NCBI GenBank assembly: GCA_030265395.1
Contig: JARFYF010000074.1
Location: 99,422,846 to 99,486,845, forward strand
DNA: 64,000 nt
From: Rhina ancylostomus
Taxonomy: Eukaryota
Direction of reading: 5' to 3'
In this document: positions 1-13,000 of the stretch, piece after piece
How the letters are laid out: each line of letters opens with the position of its first letter
Position numbering within the stretch: the stretch's first letter is position 1
Notes under the pieces: generated by a model
Database searches by the model: none
The model's input: the letters and a program-made list of their open reading frames with translations, nothing else
What the model was told of the DNA's origin: nothing
Position numbers and translations under genes: made by a program

Positions 1-1678
1 CTGAAATCACGGCTGTGGTAGGGCGAGCACAATGTAACTTCCTACAAGGTGAGATCGGGTAGCATAAGTGGCAATGATCGATCACTCTCGGATGCACTCA
101 ATGCCATTTGTGCATGCTTTGTGAGGGAGAACTATGACACACCCACACAAGCCCCACATCTCTGGATGGCCCTGTAATTTCAGTCTCTGAGGCTGACGTC
201 TGGGCATCCTTCAAGAAGGTGAATCCACGAAAGGCGTCTGGTCCAGACAACGCACCTGGCCGAGCACTAAAGGTCTGTGTGGACCAACTGGCTGGAGTAT
301 TTATGGACATATTCAACCTCTCACTCCTGCAATCTGAGGTTCCCACCTGCTTCAAAAAGGCATCTATTGTACCGGTCCTCTGGAAGAGCACAGTGGCCTG
401 CCTGTATGAGAACCATAATGAAGTACTTCAAGAGGATGGTGATAGCGAGAACCAACTCTTGCCTCAGAGATGACCTGGATCCACTCCAATTTGCCAACTG
501 CAACAACAGGTCAACAACAGATGTGATTTCTCTGGCTCTTCTCTCTGCTCTGGACCATCTGGGCAACAGGAGCTCATACTTCAGGCTGCTGTTCATCGAC
601 TACAGCTCGGCTTTCAACACAATCATCCAAACTCCTCATCGAGCTTCAAGATCTGGGCCTCTGTACCTCCTTCTGCATTTGGTGCTTGACTTCCTTGTCG
701 GCAGACCTCAATTAGTAAGGGTTGGTAACAACATCTTCTCCAATGCCATCTTCAAGTTCATCGATGACACTACTGTTGTTGGACAAATCACAGCTGGCAA
801 TGAGTCAGCTTACTGAGCGAGACAGGACACCTGGTTGAGTGGTGCTGCAACAACAACCTCTCATTCAACGTCAGCAAAACTAAAGAACTGATTGTTGACT
901 TCAGGAAGGGGAAGGAGGGTGAACATGTTGCCAGTCTACATTGGGGGATTGGCAGTGGAGAGAGTCATCAGCCTTAAATTCCTGGGTGATAACTTATCGG
1001 ATGACCTGTCCTGGGCCCAGCACATAGATGCAATCATAAGGAAAGTGCCCCATTGCCTTTACTTTCTTAGGAGTTTAAGAAGGTTCTGCTTATCACTGAA
1101 CACTAACAAACTTCTGCAGATGTACTGTTGAAAGTATCCTGGCTGCTTGCATCATGGGGCAATTCGAATGGGCAGGAATGTAAGGAGCCGCAGAGTGTAG
1201 TGGATTCTGCATAATACATCACAGGCACATCCCTCCCCGCCATCGGTAGTATCTACAGGAGGTGCTGCCTCAGGAAGACAACATCCATCATCAAAGATCC
1301 CCACCGTCTGGGCCATTTTCGCAGCTACCACCAGGCAGGAGGTAGAGAAAAGTCCCACGCCACCAGTTTCAAGAACAGCTACTTCCCTTCAACCATTCCA
1401 TTCTTGAACCAACTGGCAAGATCCCAGTCACTCCATTTTCACAACACCATAACCACTATAACAACCTTGCACTAAAATGGACTTTGTTGCATTTTGATCT
1501 AATTGTGTTCTTTCTTGTAAAACTTGTGTATAATTTATGTTTATTCCATGTTTTTCTTGTGAATGCTGCTTGTATGATGCAATATGCCTATCATACTGCT
1601 GCAAGTAAGTTTTTCATTGCACCTGCGCATTCATGTACTTGTGCATATGACAATAAATACTTTGACTTTGACTTTGAA
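1..1678 (+). mobile_element. Rex1/Babar non-LTR retrotransposon, degenerate RT and 3' end
   Basis: KASGPD, DQLAGVFMDIFNLSL, DPLQFA, LLFIDYSSAFNTI, KFIDDTTVVG and LYFLRSLRRF across frameshifts; AATAAA plus (CTTTGA)n tail at about 1652-1677. Confidence 0.88.
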
Positions 1679-3019
1679 TTGCGCTCAGTTCCGTTTCCTG
1701 TCTGGACTCACTGCTCTTCGCCCTCCCCATGCCCAGGTGATTAGGCCTTGGTTGGTGTACTGCCAAGGTTCTGCTCTTAAATTGTCTGACAGTCCTTAAC
1801 AAGAGGTAAGGCAGGAGATAGAGCCTTATCTCACATTAAAGTTAGCGAGGCTTTGTAATACCTTTTTATTGTTTCTACGTACGGTATTAGAATTGAGTTA
1901 GATATTTTTAAATTCAATAAATAAATCTATTAAAATACAAAACATTAATAACTCTCTCAAAACATTAATGAACATTTTTTAAATGGTCAGATAAGTAAAA
2001 AAACTGGGCTTTTTTCCCACCTAACTCCAGGTGAGAAAGTTCCATTTATCTGGAGACACAAGAGACTGTAGATGCCGGAATCCAGAGCAAAAAAACAAAC
2101 TGCTGGAACAGAGGGTTGAGCAGCACCTGTGGAGGGAAAGGACGTGTCACGTTTTGGGTTGTGACCGAGCATCAAGACTGTTTTTAGCTCCATTCTTTTG
2201 ACTTACCATTCTTATACCAGGTCAGGAAGGTGAAGATCTGCAGAAGTGGACTCCTTAGAATAAGGCTGGAGAACATTAGTACAATGAGGCTTCACTCTAG
2301 TGGAGTGGAGTGATTGACCTACATGTCACTCTACTTTAGCAGGCCTGAGCAAGTGCAGGACATACTTACCCACAAGCACCTGAATTCCAGCTGATTCCTT
2401 CAGAGCATCCTGCTGTGGCCAGTTCGATTCGACCCATTCTCTAGAAGGACATTTGTGCTGGTTCCACTCTCCTGCTCTTTCATGCAGAGTGCTGCATTAT
2501 TATTAATCTTTCACATGTTTATTAAATTGTCTTTTGAAACAGAATTAGTCAAATACTTCCTACCCTGCTAACTGTTTTGTGTGGACCTGCATTCAGTCCA
2601 TAAATAGATTTGCTCTGCCCCAAATTTTGTGAAACTAAAACAGTGATGCAATATTATCATTCGCAGAGGTAAATGGCCTCTCTCTGTGGTGTACCATCCT
2701 TTCAACATTTCTGTCTTTAAACATTCAGGTCCCACCAATGGCACATCCCAAAGTTCATAACAGCCAATGAAGTACTGTGTTGTCACTGCTAGCCAGAAAT
2801 GTAAACATGCTTAAAAAAAAGAAAAGAATCAACAAAGTTATCACAGGAAATAAGCCTGCGGAATTAATTATGGAAAACAAGGGGATGGCAGATGAATGAG
2901 ACAGGTACTTGCATGTCTTGCTGATAAAGGATACAAGAAACATAGTAGGAACAGCTGTAATTTGGAAACTGGAGGGATATACTCAGGGAAATTACCATCA
3001 GCAGCAAAGTGGCATCAAG

Positions 3020-3315
3020 CAAATTGTTGGAGCTGCAGGCTGACAGTCTGCAGGTCTTTACCTCTCGCTGTCTTGGTGAAGCAGCCAGCATAATCAAAGA
3101 CCCCAACCACCCAGGTCATTCTCTTTTCTCTCCTTTTCCATCGGGTAGAAGATACAGGGGCCTGAAGGCACATACCACCTGACTTAAGGACAGCTTCTAC
3201 CCCACTGTGATAAGACTATTGAACTGTTCCCTTATACAATGAGATGCACTGCGACCTCACGATCTACCTTGTTGTGACCTTGCACCTTGTTGCACTGCAC
3301 TTTCTCTGTAGCTGT
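3020..3315 (+). mobile_element. Rex1/Babar 3' fragment
   Basis: Matches the 3' part of the element at 1200-1400 (IIKDPxHP, DSFYP motifs); ends at a gap. Confidence 0.7.
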
Positions 3316-3799
3316 NNNNNNNNNNNNNNNNNNNNNNNNNNNNNNNNNNNNNNNNNNNNNNNNNNNNNNNNNNNNNNNNNNNNNNNNNNNNNNNNNNNNN
3401 NNNNNNNNNNNNNNNTCATTTTGGCTCCTTTAATGCCTTGTTGACCAGCACATGGATTCCATGCTGGATGGATTACATAACGACACTCACCTGAGCCCCA
3501 TCAGGGGCCTAGCATAAGTACCTGGGTTTCTACAGCACTGGTTGCCAGAGTATTAGTTTATCTTTGGCTCCTTGTTGCTTAGAGTGGTCTACTCTGTGTT
3601 CTTTCTTGCTTTTGAAGATCCAGTTTGTGTTGGGATTCCTCTCCAGATCTCTTAGGCAAGATTCCTTCCAGTCACTGCCTGTGTTTTTCCTGAGGAAGTA
3701 TCCTGACTCCAGTCTTGTACCAGCGTGCTGCATTAGGGTTCTCTGTGAGCTTGCTCCTTGCTCAACATTGTGACAGGATCAACCATGTAAGATAAAGCA

Positions 3800-4045
3800 A
3801 CATTTTCACTGAGTTGTGAAGCTTTGCAACTAATTATCTGAAAGGGTGGTGGAAGCAGAGTTTTTGAGTGTTCTTAAGACCCAGGAAGGTAAGTTCTGGA
3901 TAAGCGAAGGGGGCACAAGGTTACAAGAGTTAGGTGGGAATGTGGAGTTGAGGCTACAATAAAATCTTCCTTGAGTTTATTTGAATGGTAGAGTAGGCTT
4001 GAGGGGCCAGGTGGTCTACTTGTGCTCCCGAATTGTATCTTTGTA
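3800..4045 (+). mobile_element. CR1 LINE 3' end fragment
   Basis: Similar to other CR1 3' ends in the window (gggtggtggaagcag...ggcttgaggggcc). Confidence 0.5.
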
Positions 4046-4054
4046 TGTAATAAG

Positions 4055-6240
4055 ACTAAGCTATAGGAGCAGAATTAGGCCATTCAGCCCCTTAAGTCTG
4101 CTCTGCCATCCAATCATGGCTGATATTTTTTAAACTCCATTCTCATGCCTTTTCCCCATAACCCTTAACTCTTACCAATCAAGAACCCATCAATTACTGC
4201 CTTAAATACACCAATACTTGGTCCCCACAGCCCTCTGTGGTAACTATTTCCACAGATTTACCACTCTGACTGAAGAAATTCCTCCTCATCTTAGTTTTAA
4301 AGGGATGTCCTTTATTCTGAGGTTGTGCCCTCAGATCCTACACTCTCCTACTAATGGAAACATCCTCTCCATATCCAGTCTAGCCAGGTCTTTCAGTATC
4401 CAGTAGGTTTCAATGAGCTTTCTTGGGGGGGGGGGGGGGGGNNNNNNNNNNNNNNNNNNNNNNNNNNNNNNNNNNNNNNNNNNNNNNNNNNNNNNNNNNN
4501 NNNNNNNNNNNNNNNNNNNNNNNNNNNNNNNNNNNNNNNNNNNNNNNNNNNNNNNNNNNNNNNNNNNNNNNNNNNNNNNNNNNNNNNNNNNNNNNNNNNN
4601 NNNNNNNNNNNNNNNNNNNNNNNNNNNNNNNNNNNNNNNNNNNNNNNNNNNNNNNNNNNNNNNNNNNNNNNNNNNNNNNNNNNNNNNNNNNNNNNNNNNN
4701 NNNNNNNNNNNNNNNNNNNNNNNNNNNNNNNNNNNNNNNNNNNNNNNNNNNNNNNNNNNNNNNNNNNNNNNNNNNNNNNNNNNNNNNNNNNNNNNNNNNN
4801 NNNNNNNNNNNNNNNNNNNNNNNNNNNNNNNNNNNNNNNNNNNNNNNNNNNNNNNNNNNNNNNNNNNNNNNNNNNNNNNNNNNNNNNNNNNNNNNNNNNN
4901 NNNNNNNNNNNNNNNNNNNNNNNNNNNNNNNNNNNNNNNNNNNNNNNNNNNNNNNNNNNNNNNNNNNNNNNNNNNNNNNNNNNNNNNNNNNNNNNNNNNN
5001 NNNNNNNNNNNNNNNNNNNNNNNNNNNNNNNNNNNNNNNNNNNNNNNNNNNNNNNNNNNNNNNNNNNNNNNNNNNNNNNNNNNNNNNNNNNNNNNNNNNN
5101 NNNNNNNNNNNNNNNNNNNNNNNNNNNNNNNNNNNNNNNNNNNNNNNNNNNNNNNNNNNNNNNNNNNNNNTCCTACCATAAATATCTGCCCAAAATTGCT
5201 CATGATATTCTAACTGTGTTCTGACCAATGTTTTATCAAGCCTCAGCAGTACATCCTTGTTTTTATATTCTAGTCCTCTCGAAATGAATGCTAACATTGC
5301 ATTTGCCTTCTTTACTACTTACTCAGCCTGCAAGCTAACCTTGATGGAATCCTGAACTAGGACTCCCATGTCTCTTTGCACCTCTGACTTCTGAATTTTC
5401 TCCCCATTTAGAAAATAGTCTACACCTTTACTCCTATCACAGTGCATAACCCCACACTTCCATACGCTGTATTCCATCTGTCACTTCTTTTCCCACTCTC
5501 CCAAATTATCCAAGTCCTTCTGCAGACTACCTGTCCCTCCAAATATCTTGGTATCATCTGCAAACTTGGCCACAATGCCATCAGTTCCTTTATCTAGATC
5601 TTTGATGTATAAAGTAAAAAGTTGCAGTCCCAACACTGATCCCTGCCAAACTCGACTAGCCACCAGCAGCCATTCTGAAAAGGACACTTTTATCCCCACT
5701 CTCTAACTTCTCCCAGTCAGCCAATCTTCTATCCAACCTCGCCTCTTACACCATGGGTTATTATCTTGTTAGGCACCTTGTCAAAGGCCTTCTGAAAATC
5801 CAAGTAAACAACAACTGCTGACTCTCCTTTATCTAACCTGCTTGTTACCTCCTCAAATAATTCTAACAGCTTTGTCAGGCAAGATCGCCCTTTAACAAAA
5901 CCGTGCCAATTTCATCCTATTTTATCATAATTCCAGGAACTCCAAAATTTCATCCTTAATAAAGGATTCTAAAATCTTACCAACCACTGAGGTCAGGCTA
6001 ACCACCCTATAATTTCCTATCTTTTGCCTCCTTCTCTTCTTAAATGGCAGTGATACATTTGCGATTTTTCAGTCCTCTGGGACCATCCCTGGTTCCAGTG
6101 ATTCTTGAANNNNNNNNNNNNNNNNNNNNNNNNNNNNNNNNNNNNCCACTTTCAGAACGCTGGGGTGTAGTCATTCTGGTCCCGGTCATTTATCCACCTT
6201 CAGATCTTCCAGTTTCCCCAGCACCTTCTCCTTAGTAATG
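4055..6240 (-). mobile_element. CR1 LINE ORF2 (RT) remnant spanning gaps
   Basis: Minus-strand peptides QGSVLGLQLFTLYIKDLD, VAKFADDTKI, LAFISRGLEYK..LVRTQLEY and LIETYWIL. Confidence 0.85.
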
Positions 6241-6289
6241 GCCACTGCACTCAGCTCTGCCCAATATATAGCCAATCAGTATACAGTAA

Positions 6290-6460
6290 CCTCCCAGAAA
6301 CAGCAAGGTGGTAATAATTAGATATTGGTTCTCTGTAACATTAATTGTGAGATAACTATTGCATTGGAGTCTAATTCTTTATCCTGGGTAATGTTCTAGG
6401 ACCTTTTACATTCACCCAGGGAACCAACTCGGCCTCAGTTTAACATTTCCTCGGAGCGGT
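6290..6460 (-). mobile_element. Old Deu-domain SINE-like fragment upstream of IL10RB
   Basis: Reverse complement of ...atgttaaactgaggcc...ctgggtgaatgtaaaagg, similar to 14220-14270 and 11680-11750. Confidence 0.4.
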
Positions 6461-6530
6461 CATTCACTGTTGCAATGATCAGTGTTTTAGCGGCAGTATT
6501 TATTGCTTAATGTACTTCTTGTTTTACCAG

Positions 6531-7040
6531 TTCCAGGAATTAGCTAACAAGTACATTTGCCAAAGGGCAAACACTCGATTCTATTTCCTGATAAATGCCA
6601 TTGGAGACTTTTTCAGGTAATCTCCGCCCAATTGTCACCCGTGTAGAGGCTGATAGGGAAGAATGAGGTAACTGGGAAGCTCCGAGTTCACTGGGAATCG
6701 AGGCAGACCAAGTGGAAGGAAGCATGGCTATGGGAAGGATCTTGCTGCATTTCCTGTTGACGGCGGCTTTAACTCTCCCAGGTTAGTGTTACCACTTGTA
6801 TCACTCAAATATAAATCGGGTTGAGGTCTTCGGCAGCCTAGCGTGTTGTCAGACACCAGACTGGAACTAAATCGAGTAGCAAAACCTGGGAAATCCGCAA
6901 CGTTGTGGAATTCGTTTCAATCTTTTACCATTTCTCGTTTGAATTCAGTTAGATCATTTTACAGACAGGCGTGGAGTAAAAATATACCGGGCACTAAACG
7001 CTGTGAACTGTTCACAAATAGGAATGTTCACTTCCTCTTT
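6531..7040 (+). promoter_or_regulatory. Putative IL10RB promoter/first-intron motifs: GAS TTCCAGGAA (6531), GC box/CCAAT (6624-6632), PU.1-type CACTTCCTCTTT (7029)
   Basis: Consensus matches close to exon 1 in a region with elevated CpG; function untested. Confidence 0.35.
6724..6781 (+). CDS. IL10RB: IL10RB-like exon 1 (signal peptide MAMGRILLHFLLTAALTLP)
   Basis: ATG in agcATGg context, hydrophobic leader, phase-1 donor G|gttagt compatible with exon 2, locally CpG-richer region. Confidence 0.75.
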
Positions 7041-10000
7041 CCAAGTGGACTTTCTGTATTTCCTTTTGGGTGATTAGGATTTTTTTTCACCAATTTATTT
7101 TAAAACATCATAATTATGTGAGTTCCACCTATAAAGCTTCTGTTGATTCTATAGCGTGGGGAAACACAAAGATTAGGAACATTGCATAAATTACCGCTGA
7201 AATTAATCGCACAATCATCCTGGCAACTGGTCAGCGAAATGGTGCGTATTTCCAGCCTTCGGATTAGTGTGTCTAAAATGCGGGACTTCTTTAACGAGAG
7301 CAGAAATACTAACACCTGCTCATTTATACTTAAGAGAAAAACCTCCTCCAATACCACGATGATGTTTGCTGTAATGTTGCCAATCCCCGATTCATGGGGC
7401 ACTATTAGGTTTTACACTTGAGGTTGTTTCACAAGTGACGAGGGCCCTTTACCCCAATCCTGTAAGATTCAAATCCATCACTTTGGGAAGCAGTGATCAG
7501 CGCCTTGAAGAACCACGAAATCTTTAGTGATAAATGTGATCTTGTTGTCTATAATTTGCCCTTCAGGACCTTAATCCTCCCACCTACATCCAGCTGTAAC
7601 TTGTAAGCTTTGAAAGTTATCATCCGTTGTGTAAGAAACCTTTCCTTATATAAATTCTAATCTTCCTAAAGGTTGTGCCCAAAGTAGTTAACTGATTTTT
7701 GCTTCACTAAAATTAACTAAGTATTACTTAGTGTTAAATACAGTAGGAAACACTGAAATCTTAGTGTATGGAAATACATTCAACACAGATTTAAATACAA
7801 TATTAACACTCAAGTATGCGTGTGTCTCTGTTTATATTCACCAAAGACAGCAGGTACTATTGGCTCTTAGTGATTGGATAAAACATTGCCTAGAAAACAA
7901 TGCCTGCATGGTATCACTGATGAATATATTACATGGGGTAGGTAGAGATAATTTATCCATGGGTGCACAACTGCGTGTGGTTTGAGCTGTGTTGTGGGAA
8001 GAAATTACCCAGCGGACAGATTCAAGGATGTGCAGAAAACCTTCTTGAAGATATGAAACATTCCCACTGACTCTTGGGAATCTCTGACCACAACTGCTTA
8101 AAGTGGAGAAGGAGCATTCAGGATGATATTAGCATAGAAATAGGCCAGTTGACCCACCATGTCTATGCTGGCCATCAAGTACCAATGTATACGAATGCCC
8201 TTTACCAGCACTTGTCCATAGCCTTCTATGCCTGGGTGATTCAAATGTTCATCCACATACTTCTTAAATGTTATGAGTGCCTGTCTCCACCACCTATGCA
8301 GACAGTGCATTCCAGATTGCAAGCACTTTCTGGGTGGGGGGAAAAAAATCATCAAATCCCCTCTAGCCTCTTTATTCCTGACATCAAACCCATGCCCACT
8401 GGCTTCAGATGTCTCTGTCATGGGGAAACGTTTCTCACGATCCACCCTATCCATCAGGTCACCGCTCAACCTCCTCCACTGCAAGGAAAAGCAAACCCAA
8501 CCGACGCAGTCTTTCTTTATAACTGAAATGTTCCATCTCAAGTAACATCCTGGTAAATCTCCTCTGCACTCACCCCAGTGGATTTGCATCCTTCCTACAG
8601 AGTGGCAACCAGAAGTGCACACAATTCTCCAGCTGCAGCCCAGCCAAAGTTTTATAACGCTGTACCTTAACTTCAAGTTCTTAAATGCTGTATGCCTCCT
8701 TTACCACCCTATTTACCTGTGCTGCCACCTTTATGGACCTATGGATTTGTGTGCCAAGGCTCAGTACTCCCTTGGGTCCAAGTGTTCATGGTGTATTTTT
8801 GATCTTTGTTAGAATTTCCAAAATGCCTTACTTCACACTTTTAGGGATTAATCCCTTCTGTTATTGTTCTGCCCAACCTACAAGCTGTTCAATATCATTC
8901 TGTAATCTAACACTATCTATCTCACTGTCAACAATGCTATCAATATTGAAAATCTTGATGCTGTATGTAGGAGCACATAGAAATCCTGCAGGAGGAGCAG
9001 ACCACCTCACAAACTACGCAGTTACCTGCCCCATCATAGACTCATGGAGTTATACAGCATGGAAGCAGGTCCTTCAGCCCAACTCATCCATGCTGACTGT
9101 GTTGCCCATTGAGCCAGTCCCATCTGCCTGCGTTTGGCCCATAGCTCTCTAAACCTCTCCTATCCATGTACTTATCTAGATGGCTTTCAGCCACTGTTTG
9201 TCTGCAGTTTCTAGACTGGCCTCAGTAACCAACTCAAGACACACAAAACCAGAGTAAAAGTGGGCCAGGCAGCATCTGCAGAACGAAAAAACTACCAACG
9301 TTTCAGGTCAGAACTGAAACATTACAGACCCAAAATGCTGATTGTTTCTCTTTCCACAGATGCAGCCTGACCTGTTGAGTTTTAATAGCATCTTTTGTTT
9401 TTGTTTCAGACTTCCAGCATCTGCAGTCTTTTTGATTTTAATTAGCAAACATGGTTTGAGAAAGAATAAAGGAGAAATAAAAAGTATATGCACATAACTG
9501 TCATATTCAGCTTCAACATGAAATCTGAACATTTGAAATGTTGAACAATTTTATTGTTTTTTTTAAAATTCACTTGTATTTGCATTACTTCTTGGTGTTT
9601 TCTGTATTGTCTTACTAGACATTCATTGCTTCCTCTTCAGAAAAGTGGTTCCCCTTTCTTTACAATTTTCTCTTATTAAGCATGTCCTCAAACAGGATTT
9701 TCAAGTCTGGTTGCCAATTGATTGAATTTGAGCTTTATTTCAATTAATTGATTGAATTTGAGCTTTATTTCAATTAATTGATTGAATTTGAGCTTTATTT
9801 CACTTATTTTTTTCACTGTTGCAGTTCAGCCTTTCTCTCAATATTTTTAGTAAATTCACAATGATAAAGCAGTTTCCAAGAAAACTAAGTGTCCCTTCAG
9901 CAAATACGTGCAGCATTATGCAAATGAAACAACATATTGTGAATAATAATTAGTCCATTACCCTGAGCAATAATTCTACGATTACCATCACTACCCACCC

Positions 10001-13000
10001 CAGTACACCCATTGACCACCTGTTGCCTGTATCATGGCTGTTCACCTGTATCATTGTTGAAAAGGGTGCAATGGATAATCAATCTAATTTTCTCAGTGAT
10101 AAAGAGTAATAAATTTGAAGTCCGTTTGGATCTTCTGTTCAATTGTCTTGATTATCCCAAAACTGCCTGGCTTGCCTCCCAACTTCCACCTTGCATAAAA
10201 AATGTGTTGACCTCAAATTCTGCTCTCTTTCTCCTAAATTGTCCAAGCCTGACTTGCTGTGCTCGTTCACTTAACTGGCTTCCTCTCTAACAAAGCCTCA
10301 GTTTGTAAATTCTCATCTTGCTTTTAAATCCCACTGAGGTCCTGTCACCATCTCGTCTCTCCCTCAAATCTCTCAATCCAGTGTGATTTCTAGATTGAGC
10401 TTCCCTAACTCAGTCCTCCTTCACATCCTCAGTTTCAGCTACCCCACCTTTAGCTCCATGCCTTCAAGCTCTAACTTCTAGATTTCCTTCACTATCTCTT
10501 TCTCCTCCTTTAAACTACTACTTAAACAAAAGCTCAATCAAAGAGAATGATTTTATGTGCCCCAACATGTCTTCCTGTTGCAAATCCTCAAATTATTTCT
10601 TCGCAATGTGCTGGAAATACTCAACAGGTCAGGCAGCATGTATGGAGAGAAAAACAGTTAACAGTTCAGGATGATGGCCTTTCATCAGAATCTTTCTTTT
10701 TAGTTGCTTTTGATTTAGATAATGTGCTAATGAGTATCTTGAAGAGAATAGACATACTAATAATTAAGACATGGATTTAATATAATTTTCCTTAATTCTA
10801 ATGGGGTTACAACAATAAACTTAAAAAATTCAAACTGGCAAATTATATATTAAACTGTAATCTAGTAAACATTAATAACCAGAAAAACATTAAGAGACAT
10901 TCAAAGTGAAACTTTGTTTCTTTATAGATTAAATCAGATTCTGAAACAGCTGTTCTCTTTATTCTCTTCTGGTAATAATAATTTTTGCAAGAGTAAAGCT
11001 ACTTGCTATTGCCAGTAAGCAAAGACAGTCCAAAGCAGTGTGGTTTTGTTTAACAATAGTTTCTTTTAAGACATTTAACTCAATGAGTTTGATCCGTCAC
11101 AAGACCCTCACGTGCATATTCTCAAAAGCATCTTTATCACTTTAATAGTAGTGTTCTAGATAACTAATCATCTGATTGCAATTGACATCTGACAGCAGTT
11201 TAAGAACCATCTTATTTTTAAATAATGAACAATTTTCTTGGAAAAATAGCATTCTAATTGTTCATACATGCAAGACATAATGCTTTTATCCGTAACCAGT
11301 CACAATATCCCAAGAATTTCCCAATTTCCTATACACAGACCATGCAAATTTATCAAAAAGGAAGTTACAAAAAAAAAATCAAAATATGACTGGAGTAACC
11401 TGCTGCTGATTTTTGACTTTGGAAATAAAAGTGACCTGCTATACAAAAAAGCATTTTATTTTGTAAGACAACTAACCTGGTATTTCATAAATTACACTGT
11501 TACCTCACTTTCATTGTTGAACTGCTTTCCTTATTTTCAATGGCTTGTAACATTCTACCTATGCTCTCTCTGCCAGCCTGATGCTAATTGCTGACTCTCT
11601 CATTATTGATGTCATGGGTTTGGTCTTGAATTTAAGAACCATAGACATATCTTAAATTAAGTGTGAAGTAATTCATTTGGATGAGACGATAAACTGATGT
11701 ATCGTCTGTTTTTGTGGATATTAAAATTCCCATTGCCCTATACAAAGAAGGCAGATCCCTGACCATCCTATCTATCTCAACCAGGACCTCCAAAAACAAG
11801 TCAATTCATTTGTACTTCATTTTCTACTTATGAGACATGACAATTGGCTGTTGTTTTCCAATATTACATAAAGATTATACTTAAAATAATGTAATTCATC
11901 ATATGCTATTACCTTGCAATTTGTGCCCTATGCTGTGTAAATAGAATTTATTTTTTCTTAGCTAGTAATGATGATTACAGACACATATTGTCTGTCCTCT
12001 GATTATTGTGTTATTAGTTTATGAGATGTGAGCATCACTGGAAAGAACAGCATTTATTACCTGACCCTGGTGCTCTTGAGGAGATGGTGATGATCCAGCT
12101 TCTTGAACCATTCTTCTGGTGATTGTACCCACACAGTGTGGTTGGGTAGGGAGTTCTAAATGTTTAGACCCAACGAGGAAAGATGAGTGGTTAAATGTTT
12201 ACAAGTCAAACTGGCATGTGACTTGGAAGGAAACCCACAGGACACAATCCAAGAATCCTCTAGTGAAACAAAATATGAGGTTATACACGTCAGCTTGTAT
12301 TCACTGATAGCTCTGCACACAATTCAGAAGTATCCAAAGATATATATTTAATTGTCAGTTAACATTTTTAGAGATTAGCTGGAGAAATGTAATTTAACTG
12401 GAGTTTAGCTGGAGAAATGTAAAAGTGTTTTACAATAACTTGTTATGTAAACCAACATTAAGGAGGTGGTTCATGGGTGAATGTTTATCATTGATAGTAC
12501 TCTGACTCATTATATCTACTTTACACATCTGCTGCTAAGGGACTGGGGCATTTTTTGAGCACTTTGGCACTAAGGGGATAGGATTACTTTTGCTCTTATG
12601 CTAAATAATAGAAGACCACAAAAAATTGAATAAAATTGGACGTACAACATTGCATGTCTATAACAAAGCCCACCTGATCTTCCATGTATTATTCAAAAGA
12701 AGAAAAATTTCAGGGGGCTCTGCTCGGCATCCCAGGGTACATTGGAGTGAGAGGTTTAAGAGGGCATGTGAGGAAGAATCTTTCACCTGGATGGTGGTTG
12801 GAATCTGGAGCTGAATGGGTGGTGGAAGCAGGTATTCTCACAATATTTAAGAAGAATCTAGATAAGCACTTGAATTGCCAAGGAATAGAAGGCTATGGAC
12901 CAAGTGCTCTTTGATGGGAAAAGAAGAGATGGGTACTCGATGGTTGGCATGGATGTGGTGGGGCTGAAGAGTCTGTTTCTGTGCTGTTAGGTTCTATGGC

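Noticed and set aside
4331-5297. Long ORFs of 150-295 aa here and at 38052-38789 and 55284-56055
   Set aside because: Artefacts of translating N runs; the real flanks are CR1 pieces or the IFNAR1 promoter
1-6500. Expected IFNAR2 3' exons upstream (and IFNGR2 downstream of 58260)
   Set aside because: Predicted by synteny, but no such exons are visible; probably outside the window
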